DNA from: Macrostomum lignano
Lineage: Eukaryota
Direction: 5' to 3'
DNA length: 64,000 nt
Assembly: GCA_002269645.1 (NCBI GenBank)
Contig: NIVC01002996.1
Coordinates: forward strand, 62,820-126,819
Shown: piece by piece, positions 1 through 12,403 of the stretch
Layout of the letters: the number at the start of each line of letters is the position of its first letter
Position numbering within the stretch: the first letter of the stretch is position 1
Position numbers and translations under genes: made by a program
The notes under the pieces: generated by a model
Seen by the model: the letters and a program-made list of their open reading frames with translations, nothing else
Databases searched by the model: none
Told to the model about the DNA's origin: nothing

Positions 1-2375
1 AAGAAAGAACTAACCTTGAGCTAAGTTGCTCAAGCTTGCTAAAGCAAGTTAAATAAATTACTAAGCTTGTTAACTCATGTTTCAGTTCAATAAATTCATT
101 CTCAGACTTAAGTGTTATTCATTTATAGTAAAAGAGATTCCAAGGAGAAACAAGTTTAAAGAAATCTGCTAAAGAGGATTGGAAAACTTATGCAAAGACA
201 TACTAAGAGTACACTGTGACCCTCTCATCTTAGTAATGCCCAGACTAGAGAATTGTACATATACCATAAGACTGCTTAGGCTTATCAGAATTATACCAAG
301 ATGCTATCACAGCGCACTCTCAAATCTATTACACAGTACATTGGAAAAGTGACCCCCTTCACTAATATTTTAAGTTTATACTAGAAAAACAAAAGTTACT
401 TGTAGTATATATGCTAGACATTATCAAAAAAGTTGCAACAATAAAGGACCTTTCTTTCTTGCATTACAACATTTTGGTCTTTTGTATGCCAACAACTATG
501 CCACTATATATAGGCTCTGTGGTGCAATTTTCTAGTAGAATGTTCCCTATACCAGATATTTTATACTAACCCTTTTTCTATATCTATTCTACAACAGAAT
601 TTTCTAGCATATATATATAAGACTTAGGAGTGGGAGTGGGATGCTTTCAGAATTAACCCATAGTTTGGAAGGCAATATGCATGCTAGGAGGGTATTTGCC
701 ATTTTTCAACATATTATCAACATATATCCTCAGCATACATGACACATTAGAAAATTTTTGGCTTACATCTGTGGTATATTTGCATACATATTAGAATCAA
801 ATAAATTCACTTTATGTAAAATATGCTGCATGCAATACTATGATCTATCAACATGAAACAAGGAATAATATTTCCTTGTTTAAAAACTTTTTCTCAATTT
901 TATGCAAATTAAAATTATTTAAATTACTTTTTTTATAATTGTCTTTTCTCAATGCACATTACAAAAGTGCATAATTTTTAAGTTTGTCACTCTTCATGAA
1001 TAATGAATTTTCCCCCACTAGACCTGGTATACACTAATATATGATCCAAACTATAGACTAACACATTACTGAATTATACTAAGATGCTTGTTAAAACTAT
1101 ACCGAGATGCTTCTAGAACTATATGCTATTAGAAATATGCTGGGACTTATGCAAAGATCATAATAGCATAAGCCAGAACAAAAATTTAGGAAACAATCTG
1201 TATATTGATCAATATCAATATCACTATTAACATTATAATATAACCCTATTATTATAATTAGGCCTTTTTCAACTAAATTTTTAAACTTTCAATGCATTTT
1301 TTATTTCTAATAATATTTGATGTTTGCATATTCAGGCTGCAACAGCAAAAATTAGTTTTGTTAATGACAGCATCAAAAAATTCTAATGAACTTATTTAGT
1401 TTTATGAAGTTTTATCTTCATATCTTCATCTATTAAACTTGCAGAAAATGTAACTATGAAGCGACTATAAACAAATAATAATAAAGTCATGAATTCCTAA
1501 GGATAGCCTCCTTAACAAAGACATGCGGCCTAATGTCGAGTGGATTGTTAAATTAGGCCTACATACTAATAGAACAAGCAAGACACAAGAACACTTACTT
1601 TTCTTGAGCCTGGGCATCAGATGGTACACTGTTTGCTTTACCTTTGGCATACATTTATTATTGTTACTAATAATTGATGTTTATCCTAATGAAATATTCC
1701 TGATTAATCACACCAACTATCTCAACTTGACTAGCGAGCGCACTTGACTTGAATATTTGAAAAAAAGTAGTCCGTCTGCCCAAGGATCCATGAAAAATGA
1801 ATCGAAAACGAAAAGTTAAAAAACAAAAAACACAAACTTTTTTATGTAATGGCTAGGGATACAAAGAAAATTAATTATGATTGAAAATCTATGAATAAAA
1901 TGCATATAGTTTGATTTTTGTTGCTATGGTAGTATAATATATTAAAAAGTTTGTTTTAACATCATCCGTGTCTTTTGGATATTGTCTTTATATATATAAT
2001 CTAATAGAAATTTTCACACTATGGGTTGTTTTGTGCATTTCGATAAGAAGAAATAAATGTATATTTCGATCTGGACGGCCAGTCCGATTTGAAACGAGGC
2101 AAACAATGCTACTCTCCCGACATTACCGTTATAGCTGCTGTTTGGCTTTTATTGATCGTCGTTATTGATCTGGTATTGAAAAGACCAGTCAAGTCCATTC
2201 ATTTTTTAATATTATTGTATCAAGTTAAAAATGTTCAACAAGCTTTACCAAAATGAAGCACTTATATCATAAAATAATCCGAAACTCTATGCATAGCAGA
2301 AAGCAGGAACACCAGCTCAAGTGATGATATATAGGACAGCACTTGGCAATTTACTCTCTCGCATTCCGATCAGGC

Positions 2376-2420
2376 GCTGGCTTTGTCCCCCCCCCCCACA
2401 AAATCTATGGCGACGCCCTT
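2376..2420. repeat. Orphan terminus of a CAGGGGCGTCGCCA-type MITE family
   Basis: TGGCTTTGTCCCCC..AAAATC(T/C)ATGGCGACGCCC is shared with 10411-10452. Confidence 0.5.
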
Positions 2421-3269
2421 GATTCCGATTACTTGCAGTACTATATAGCCTGACAAAAACGATACGACGCATTTTTCTGGGCCATCGATTTCTGTTATCT
2501 AAAATAGCTACTGAAATTATCATATTGTACACTTCCCCACAAAAGGTATAACAAAGCTATGCAATAAAAGATTAACAGAATGGCGCGAAACGCGTGCTTA
2601 ACATTAGCAGCCTGTCTGACATTATATTTTCAATAATAAATAACGAACCAAAACTTATTTGGCGTGTGCGCGCTATGTTACAGGGTGGCATCAGTTCCAG
2701 TGCATCAGGTTGTTGCGAGCTGGACACAGCAGATTTAATTGGTGTTTAATCTATTGCACTCGAAACAATAGCAGGAATCAGTTGGTAAGTGGCCGGGCAT
2801 TGCGCGCCAGTGGGTCAGAGGGTCATAATTAACAAGCAAGCCTATTTTACAAGGAACACAAAGACAATCATCAGAGAACTGCAAAATCTCGCGACTGGAC
2901 TTGACAATAGACTGTGTGACAGCAGAATTTGACAACAAAGGTGCACAGAACACAAACAGTTCACTGTGACAAAATATGCAGCATCAACTATTTCGGTAAA
3001 GCAGTTGTATAAAATATATGTAGCATGTGCCTGTGCAAACAAGCGACAGGCATTTGCAGGCAAAAGATTCTTTTAAAAATTAGCCAATTTTAGAGCAATG
3101 GGAGCCGCTTGAGTGCCGCAATCTCAACTTCAACTCAGCAAACTGCGTGCGACACAATTAGCGTTACAAAAAAAGAGATTTCTTGTGCAAAAGCTGTCAC
3201 GGGTCAGGGGAACTAACATCTCTGATGCCTCCTTTCCACCATCAGTGTCAGGGACAAGCCGTCAGTCGG

Positions 3270-4823
3270 TCACTCGGCAGCGCCAACGGGGCTGCCATTC
3301 CGCAGCTGTTCCGGCTCCGACTTCAGCTCGCCGCGGCTGCCGGCCGCCGTCCAGATTGGCGGCGACGCTGATGGCGAGTCGCTGGCGCCACCGCCGCTGC
3401 TGCTCATCGACACCGCGGCCGCGGCGGCTGCTGCTGCGGCTGCGGCGGCCGAAGGCTTGAGGCCGGCCGCCCACATCTGCTGTAGACCGGCCATGGGCAC
3501 CATAGACGGGAAGCAGCCCAGGTGGCCGGAGTGCGGCAGCAGCGTTTGCTGATGCTGCGAGCCGGCCAGCAGGGCCTCGGCCGACGGGCTGTGGGCGGGC
3601 GCTGGCCTCAGCGAGAAGTGCATCTTCAGGTGCGACATGATGTTGCTGACCACCGGGTACCGGTTCTTGGCCACGGAGAAGCGCACCGCGGAGGTGCGGT
3701 CCCGCTTCACCTTGCACAGGTGGCAGTGGTACACCCCCGACACCCGGCGGCCGCCGTCCTCGCCGCCAGGCTGCACCTCCAACTGAATGTCAAAGTCGAC
3801 GCCCTCGGTGAGCTGGGCGGAGTCGAACTGCTTGGAGCTGAGCCTCAGCACGGAGGCAGCCGACCTGGCCCGCAGTTTCTCCAGGTCCACATCGCCGCCA
3901 CAGCTGATGCCGAAGTCCGCCAGCATCAGCGCCTGGGAGCCGTCGGGCGGGGAGCCCGCAACGCCGTTGCCACCGCCGCCGGTGCCTCCAACAGCTGCGC
4001 CAGCGGTCGAGGTGTCGCCGGAGACCGACGACGGCGTTTCGTCTGGAGTCAGCGGAGCCCGCGGCTGGGATGGCGGCGGCGGCTGCTGGGGTTGATGGTG
4101 ATGAAGACGCAGAGGCTGAGTTACAGGCAGCTGAGCCTGCTGAGTCGGGGAGCTTTGCTGCTGTTGCTGCTGTCTTCTAGCAGATGTAACTTGCAGCTGC
4201 TGCTGCTGTTGCTGCTTGCTAGTGAAGGCAGGCAATCCCAACGGGTGCGATTGAAGATGATGATGCTGTTGCTGCTGCTGTTGTTGCTGCTGCTGCTGTT
4301 GGATCTGGCTGAAGAAATCCGAGATGCCGCCAGCGCCAACGCCGCCACCGCCGCCGCCCGCCATTACCGGCAGGGGCGGCAGGGGGAAGCCGCAGAGGGC
4401 GGGGTGGCCGCCGAGGCCCATGCAGGCCGCCAGGAGCTGCTGCTGCGCCTCCGCTGACAGGGCCTCCAGCCCGGTGCTCAGCTGCGGCTGCGGCGGACTC
4501 TCGGACTCAGACTCGGTCTGCGTGGCCTTGTCCAGCCGCTCCCGTAGTCCCTGTACGCCCACCAGGATGCCCTTCCTCGTCCCGGCCGGGAAGCGGAACT
4601 GGTCCGGACAGTCGGCGAAAATCTGGCCGACGTAGGCGACCCGCTCTTCCTGCGGCATCAGCTGACAGGCGTCGCGGACGAAGCGCTCAACGTTGTCGAT
4701 CTCGGCGTCCGTCAGGCCCTGCAGGACGCGGGCGTTGGCGTAGCCGCAGAGCTCCAGGCAGTTGATGGCGGCGCTGGACTGGCCGGTGTAGCGGCCTAGC
4801 AGCTCTCGGCAGGTGTCGTCCAT
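3270..4823 (-). CDS. Zinc-finger protein, about 517 aa: N-terminal helical module, poly-Q/poly-G/poly-A linkers and one C-x2-C-x27-H-x3-H (BED-like C2H2) finger; probable transcriptional regulator
   Basis: GC-rich open frame. Start chosen at gccATGG (4823), 6 nt after a pyrimidine-rich acceptor ctctcaccccgtacag. Finger CHLC...SNIMSHLKMH at 3618-3725. Stop TGA at 3270-3272. Confidence 0.8.
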   Translation of the reverse strand: MDDTCRELLGRYTGQSSAAINCLELCGYANARVLQGLTDAEIDNVERFVRDACQLMPQEERVAYVGQIFADCPDQFRFPAGTRKGILVGVQGLRERLDKATQTESESESPPQPQLSTGLEALSAEAQQQLLAACMGLGGHPALCGFPLPPLPVMAGGGGGGVGAGGISDFFSQIQQQQQQQQQQQQHHHLQSHPLGLPAFTSKQQQQQQLQVTSARRQQQQQQSSPTQQAQLPVTQPLRLHHHQPQQPPPPSQPRAPLTPDETPSSVSGDTSTAGAAVGGTGGGGNGVAGSPPDGSQALMLADFGISCGGDVDLEKLRARSAASVLRLSSKQFDSAQLTEGVDFDIQLEVQPGGEDGGRRVSGVYHCHLCKVKRDRTSAVRFSVAKNRYPVVSNIMSHLKMHFSLRPAPAHSPSAEALLAGSQHQQTLLPHSGHLGCFPSMVPMAGLQQMWAAGLKPSAAAAAAAAAAAAVSMSSSGGGASDSPSASPPIWTAAGSRGELKSEPEQLRNGSPVGAAE

Positions 4824-4936
4824 GGCGGGCTGTACGGGGTGAGAGGATTTGAGGGGGCATCTTTGTTTGCGCTCTGCGATGTAATAAAATAAATTTTCAT
4901 CCCACAACCAGCGCTGACTCCTGCAGAGCACATGCA

Positions 4937-5365
4937 AGTGCGCGGACACTGTACACAGGCATGCACTCATTCACACGCTCACACAAGGTGTACAGTGGTC
5001 CGGACTTACTAATCATCAGGCATGTACACTCTCAGTGCCTTGGGGCTGGCTCTCTCGTCAAACTACGCTCGTAGAACTCTCAGAACCGGGGGGGGGGATC
5101 TGGACACCCCCAATTTTTGCTGGGATCTCGGGATTTCCGGGGCCGAAATCCCAGTCCTGTAGGACAGGGAATGGCAAGCTCCGGCACGCGAAGCCTCTAT
5201 CCGGCCCTCGGGTTCTATGAAACTTCACAATGGGCATTAGCAATCCGGCCCGATCAAAGTTTGTATCTCTTCTCAGCTCTCTTCTCTCTCTATCATGCGC
5301 AAGCGATGCGTCTGAGTGCAGATTCGAACCCGAGATCGCCACTGCGCTATACTCTGCTGCGATCG
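4937..5365 (-). mobile_element. tRNA-derived SINE-like copy (interrupted/degenerate)
   Basis: B-box GGTTCGAATC (rc of 5321-5330) with a TAGCGCAGTGG A-box-like motif. Segment 4937-5057 is similar to 30982-31091. Confidence 0.5.
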
Positions 5366-8300
5366 CTGCGTGTAAATAGCACTAATGAGGGAGACAGCGG
5401 CTTAATGACAAAGCAAAACTTAATACAGGACTTGAGACAACTTTGGCGGCAGAACTAAAAATATACCCGGATGAGCTGTTCCGTGCGTCAGTGAGCAACC
5501 GAGCAGCTGATTTATTGTTACAAAAGCGTCTTCTAGAAGCAAGCGGGCCGGTCAGGTTATAATTAGGCAAGACTGAGATTACAGGCCTCACAGCTGCGGT
5601 GTTCTAAAAAAATCTTGCAAAAGACAATCCAGGCGAAAAAAGATTTTTTTAACATTTTCAGATGTCTCGCTATTAAAATAGCAGAATACATGTTTGCGGA
5701 CAGGCAGCGGGAGCTGGCCTGGGAGCTGCGCAATACGAACTGTGGATCTGCGACATCAAGATAGATGATTATCCCCCCCCCACCTTCGAGCTGCTCCGAA
5801 TGTTTTGCGCGCAGCCGCCGTCTACCTGCGGACCCCTCGCCCATAACTACCTGGCTAATAAGCAAACTTTCAATGGGGATCTGTGCACATCAATAATTGG
5901 GCATATGATGGAGCTGCGTCACGCAGGCTGCTGCAGAGTCTCGAGGCCAGCTCAAACTCGCCCCCCCCCCAATTTGATTTGATGGAGCAAAAAAATGGAA
6001 CACAAATTCGCCTCGGCGGCGGCTGCAAAAACATCCCTGAACTGGGTATGGCGCTTATTCTCATCCCATTTCTCTTCAACTCACCCCCCAAAAAACTCGA
6101 GCTAGGCTATAGGGGGTGGCCAGCGCATGTAATAAATTCTGAGCAAAATCGCATGACAACCCGAGCGGGTTTAATTATTAGATTTACTGACTGACTGCCT
6201 GAGCTCGGCGGAGGGTGGGGTGGGGGCGCCGCATAGGGAGGGAGTTATCCGGCATAATCACTCACTAACGGTAATAATAATTACAGCCTCGGTATTATAT
6301 TAATTATAGTTGAGGCAGGACCGATCGGAGAGGGGGGGTTGCGGCCACTGCGGCGCGCTTAATTACCATGTAGTTGATTGGATTTTTTGCCTGGGCCCAC
6401 AGAGAGCGAATGTGTGTGTGTGCGCGCACACAGCAGAGCGACCTTGCGACTAGAAATTGTTATAACTAGCTCTAAGCCAGTGCAGTCACACAGAGCTCAG
6501 CCATCATCTTCTAGGCCTGCAGTGCTTGTTCAGTGGCTCCGAGCTGGATGGAGTGCTGCTGCTCCAGCTGAGTGAGTCAGCTGCCACTCGGTCCCTGATC
6601 CACTACAGCAACTTAACCGAGCCACTAACTGCTCTGAGTTGTAAGCTCGGGCGCAGTTTGCTAGTAATTATATGACTCCAGTGACAAACTCGAAGTCATT
6701 ATATTATTATATACTAAGTGGAATTAACTCAATTTGAGCCTAACAAAACCGAAATTCGAGTTTGTTTATCTGTGGCGCATTTCTATTCAGCCACAAATTA
6801 TCGCTCGAAATTGAATTCAAATTGGCTCCAATTCGTAGAAAGCCAACAATTACGGGAATGCAAAGCCGGAAGAAATTTGATAATAAAATAATGTGATCGA
6901 TAGTTGTACAATAAATGCCTGAGGCTGAGCAAATGAGCTTAGCGGAGACTGGTGGATCATTCTTCATCACATTACGCATAAAGGTTGCGGCCGCATCAAC
7001 TTTGCTTGGCCGAACATTCGAAATCTAATTGGTGCTCTGCACAAGTTTTTGGTCTTCCTTCCTACAAGGAGCTCTTTGCTCATCGCATTGCTCTCACGGC
7101 CAATGCAAAGCAATGACTTGCATAGTAAAAGGCGCAGGCCCAGGGGCGCATGTTTGTGTGCTAGCTGGAGTGACTTAATTTAATTAGCTCTTTGTCTGCC
7201 TTCTGTGCCTGTCTTTCGGGCCCTGCTTGCAAAGCAGTTTTGCACTGCCTCTGACTCGGCTCCTCTCCCTCTCTCTCCCCTCGCTTCTTTGGGTTCGAAT
7301 TCGGGAGAGAGAGAATTGACTAAAACCTTTTCAGTTCGGTTCGGCCCGTCTCACTCCGCCGCGAGTTTTATTATTCAATTTATTACTGGTTATTGGAGTT
7401 AGTCATGGCCGCGGCGGAGGGGGGGGAGTTCGGGCGGGGAATTTGATTAATTCCCTCTTTCTCCTCTCCCGAGCGCGATGGGGGGTTTTTATTACCTAAT
7501 TTATATTTGCATATGCCAGGCCTCGCATGTTTATCAGGGGGGTCGGGCGCGTGGGAATGGGGAGGGCGGCCCTACAGATCCCCCCAGTCCCATGTTGGCA
7601 ATATTCTGGAGCCCCAAACAATTTTATAGGGCCCCAGGCCAGGCATCTGGGATCTGATCGGCTCTGGCAGGGATGAAACTGAATAAGGATTTCAAATATA
7701 GTTGAACTGACTGATTTCAGTTTGAGGTCAGGGAATTTTTAATGGCTAAGGTGTACCGCCCGGCCTGCAGTTCAAGTTGAAGGACCTGCAGTGATATGAA
7801 GGACGAGCGCGGTCCCAGCCTCCTTCACTGGCCCTCCATCAATTTATTGGGGTAGCTGTGTGTGTTTACTAAGAAGTTGTGCAGCAAGGGGATTTTCTAA
7901 TGGCATTACACCGGCTCCCCTTGACTCCCGATTCCTCTGGCACTGAATGAAGGCTTACCACGGCTGGGGGTGGCCGGTTCCAAGCAATAAGTTGCGGCAC
8001 TAAAGTTAATATGACCAGCCACTAACCCCCCCCCCCCCCCAACAGACCACTTCCCAAACTGCTAATAACAAAGGCAGATCTGTAGAAGAAGGAATTCCAA
8101 AATCTGTTTGACTGACACTGTCTAAATCTGCTTTTTTGACTGACTGCTTTTTTATCAATAGAGCCGAATGAGTAATTGGGGCCTCTCCATATGCAATGCA
8201 ACTCAATAATCAGTTCACAGTATGGCGGAGACTTACCGTTTGCAAGTGTGAGAAATTCCTGTTGTCGAGTTTGCAAAATTGCAACTGGCTGGCTTCTACT

Positions 8301-9371
8301 ATCTAAAATTGAAAGCACTTGCCCAATTCTTTACTCAGCAAAATTCGCGCTCAAGGGCACCTGTCACTGACTAAGCAATATTGATTGATTGATTGGTTGG
8401 TTGTCTGATTGATTTTTCAAAGCTGCAGATTTCAAATCGGCAAATTTGTTGGCTTGTGAAAGCAGAAAGGTGCCTTAATATCAAAATATTACGGGCGAGC
8501 GATGACCAGCTTGAAACTTAATGAAAGAGTGAGTGAGTCAGAGAGTCAGAGGGAAGTTTTGGTTAATATCGGGGCGCCCCCCGGGGCCAATGACTCGGCC
8601 AAAACCCCCCTCTCCCTGTTTTTAACAAATAGCAAACCAGTGAACAGTGAGTGGCGGGGTGGCGGCCCTATTGGAATTGGAAATGATAGCGAGAGGCCGC
8701 ACGCACTGTACAAATTCAATATATCAGTTGGTGCGGATGGGGGAGAGGGGCAGGGAGTTTGGATTGAAGGCGGGGTGGGGCGCGAATGACTAAAAAGAAG
8801 ACTCGAATTAATGGCTGTGGGGGCCGGGGGTGTCTGCCTGTGTGCGCCCCGAACTGAGGGCTCCGGAGGGGGTTGGGCAGAGGCTGTCCAAGTAAGTGTC
8901 TTTCGAATCCCGGGATTTCGAAGGCTTGACAGGCCTGACTGGGAAACATACTAAGGCAATAAAGAATTCGAAGAAAATGGAATAAATGATTGAATGAGTG
9001 AGTCAGCGCGATTGGGTTCGGGGGGGGGCTGGCCAACGTGTTTGTTCAGCTCGAATTGGCCCAATGAAAGCCGCGGGTCTCCCCATCCCCCTCTTCCCCG
9101 CTGCATCCCAGAGCATCAGCCACCATCCGGTCGGCCGACATGGCGCACCAGATGGGGCCGACTGTGATTAAGGGGGGGGGGAGTTAAGCTGGGCCAAGGA
9201 GAGCCAGTTCCACAGCCTGGAGTGGCATTCTAGTAAAAAAATCAGTTAGTCTTGACAGAATTTAAAATAAAACAATAAACTTTCTCTTCAATGTCTAACT
9301 ATTTTGATGTTGAAAATTCCGGAAATGGGTCAAAGGATCTGCAGCGCAGACTCTTCCAGCTCCATGACTTG

Positions 9372-10452
9372 CAGGGACGTCGCCACCAGGGGGGGGGGAC
9401 AGGGGGACATGTCCCCTCAGTAAAGTCTATGGGGGCACATGCCAGTGTTTGTTCGTTATGGAAATCAATAATTTTGCTTCAGGGCGACAAAATATAGCGC
9501 CTGCGGGCTGCGGCACTAAAACGAGTTCCTGCGGCGCCAAAATGAGTATCTGCGGCGCCAAAATGAGTGTCTGCGGCGCCAAAATGAGTGTCTGCGGCGC
9601 CAAAATGAGTATCTGCGGCGCCAAAATGATTGTCTGCGGCGCCAAAATGAGTGTCTGCGGCGCCAAAATGAGTGTCTGCGGAGCCAAAATGAATGCCTGC
9701 GGCGCCAAAATGAGTGTCTGCGGAGCCAAAATGAATGCCTGCGGCGCCAAAATGAGTGTCTGCGGAGCCAAAATGAATGCCTGCGGCGCCAAAATGAGTG
9801 CCTGCGGCGCCAAAATGAGTGTCTGCGGAGCCAAAATGAATGCCTGCGGCGCCAAAATGAGTGTCTGCGGAGCCAAAATGAGTATCTGCGGCGCCAAAAT
9901 GAGTATCTGCGGAGCCAAAATGAATGCCTGCGGCGCCAAAATGAGTATCTGCGGCACTAAAATGAGTGTCTGCGGAGCCAAAATGAATGCCTGCGGCGCC
10001 AAAATGAATGCCTGCGGCGCCAAAATGAATGCCTGTGGAGCCAAAATGAATGCCTGCGGCGCCAAAATGAATGCCTGCGGCGCCAAAATGAATGCCTGCG
10101 GCGCCAAAATGAATGCCTGCGGCGCCAAAATGAATGCCTGCGGCGCCAAAATGAATGCCTGCGGCGCCAAAATGAATGCCTGCGGCGCCAAAATGAGTGC
10201 CTGCGGCGCCAAAATGAGTGCCTGTGGCACCAAAATGAGTGCCTGCGGCGCCAAAATGAGTGCCTGCGGCGCCAAAATGAGTGTCTGCGGCGCCAAAATG
10301 AGTGTCTGCGGCGCCAAAATGAGTGCCTGCGGCGCCAAAATGAGCGCTGACAACACCGATTCTGACAATAATGTACATGTAGGAATTTAGACAAGTACAT
10401 GTAGAATTCTTGGCTTTGTCCCCCCGCCATAAAATCCATGGCGACGCCCCTC
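9372..10452. mobile_element. MITE-like element enclosing a 21-bp minisatellite
   Basis: Imperfect TIRs CAGGGACGTCGCCA (9372-9385) / TGGCGACGCCCCTC (10439-10452). No TSD found. Confidence 0.5.
9500..10345. repeat. 21-bp minisatellite, about 40 units (CTGCGGCGCCAAAATGAGTGT)
   Basis: Direct reading of the tandem units. Confidence 0.97.
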
Positions 10453-11497
10453 GGCACTCCAGAATGCGGCTCTGGACCTCCTTGACCTGCCGGGGGTGAG
10501 GCAGGCAGGGAACCAACCCGGGGGTCTGCGCTAAGACGCAAATCTGTTCGCTCCCATCCCACAGTTCCAGCAGCGATGGGGAAGAGAGGAGCGACCCCCC
10601 GGCCCTCCCGGCCTTGCCCTCTCTTATTAGTAAAACTTGGAAAATGAATAAATTACTAGGGGCTCGGGAGGACGGGGACAGCGTCAGGGAAGGAGGGCTG
10701 AAAAGCCCTGGGAAGGAATCGGGGGGGATTTCAGTTAGTTAGCTAAGCCTAAGGAAATAAGGGAATTGATTGAAGTGAATAAGTAATAAAATGCAGAGCA
10801 GCGAGGCCGACATGGTGCGGCCTGAGCCCACTCACTCACTCAACTACACTCCTTGCTCACTTCCCAAATGCTGCCCACCCAGCCAGTGAGATCTGGGGAT
10901 TTTTATTTTTGGGAAAGAGAGCAAGCAGATCTGGTGTACCAAGTGGATGGGCTGCTGTGGCTACACTTTCACTTTAACTGGAACTCAACTCTCTAAACTC
11001 TCAAGCCCTCAGATCCCTCTCGATCGCCCTCCCCGCGTCCCTGTCTCTCCCTGCTCAATCGGGCCAGTTGCCACTGCAGGCTTCGGCTCGCTTATGGGTG
11101 GTTATTTGCAAAAATTGCAACTAGCGCTGTCCTCTTGCTGCTTTTGCTGGCCTGCAGGGAGTGGGGGGAGTTGAGACTGCGGTGCTCGATCGCTGCATGC
11201 TGCAGTGGCGAAATCAGGACTAAGGGCAAAGGAAATCTACAAGTTCGCTTCTGCGACAAGTGTGTTGTTGCTTGCAAAGCAGATGTAGAAGATTAGAAAT
11301 GCAACAATGTGAATTTGACTCAGACTGAACTCTCATCTGTTGCTGTTGACAAGACAAGCTCGGGTTAATAAGGGTTAGCCAGCTTATTTAAAAAATGTTG
11401 CATGTAGATAAATAAAATATTGGATTGCTCCAAAACATTCTTTAGCGTGAAAGGAAACTTCAGGAAATCTTGACATTGGAAACAGATCCCAGGCGTG

Positions 11498-12403
11498 AGA
11501 TCCCAGTGGCATGATCACAGATCCCAGTGACATGATCACAGATCCCAGTGGCATGATCACAGATCCCAGTGGCATGATCACAGATCCCAGTGACATGATC
11601 ACAGATCCCAGTGGCATGATCACAGATCCCAGTGACATGATCACAGATCCCAGTGGCATGATCACAGATCCCAGTGACATGATCACAGATCCCAGTGGCA
11701 TGATCACAGATCCCAGTGACATGATCACAGATCCCAGTGGCATGATCCTATATCCCAGTGACATGATCCTATATCCCAGTGGCATGATCACAGATCCCAG
11801 TGGCATGATCACAGATCCCAGTGGCATGATCACAAATCCCAGTGACATGATCCTATATCCCAGTGATATGATCCTATATCCCAGTGGCATGATCACAGAT
11901 CCCAGTGGCATGTTCACAGATCTCAGTGGCATGATCACAGATCCCAGTGGCATGATCACAGATCCCAGTGGCATGATCACAGATCCCAGTGGCATGTTCA
12001 CAGGTCCCAGTGACATGATCACAGATCCCAGTGACATGATCCCAGATCCCAGTGGCATGATCACAGATCCCAGTGACATGATCCCAGATCCCAGTGGCAT
12101 GATCACAGATCGCAGTGGCATGATCCCAGATCCCAGTGGCATGATCACAGATCCCAGTGGCATGTTCACAGATCCCAGTGGCATGATCCCATATCCCAGT
12201 GACATGATCCTATATCCCAGTGACATGATCCTATATCCCAGTGACATGATCCCAGATCCTAGTGGCATGATCCCAGATCCCAGTGACATGATCCTATATC
12301 CCAGTGACATGACCCCAGATCCTAGTGGCATGATCCCAGATCCCAGTGGCATGATCACAGATCCCAGTGGCATGTTCACAGATCCCAGTGGCATGATCCC
12401 AGA
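11498..12403. repeat. 21-bp minisatellite, about 43 units (GATCCCAGTGGCATGATCACA)
   Basis: Direct reading of the tandem units. Confidence 0.97.

Noticed and set aside
1465-1650. VYHL..CPG fragment resembling a decayed GIY-YIG endonuclease
   Set aside because: It needs several frameshifts, and the expected YxGxT-R-L motif does not follow.
2575-2600. GCGAAACGCGTG as another hammerhead
   Set aside because: There is no upstream CUGANGA or stem II, and the triplet would be GUG, which is not NUH.
3113-4635. Plus-strand and alternative-frame ORFs over the zinc-finger gene (and similar ones over OPA1, TTC36, the PLE and RNF213)
   Set aside because: These are shadow ORFs of GC-rich or repetitive coding sequence with no recognisable motifs.
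4824-4970. 49-aa N-terminal extension of the zinc-finger ORF
   Set aside because: It is AT-rich, begins in SINE-derived sequence and lies upstream of a good acceptor and Kozak ATG.
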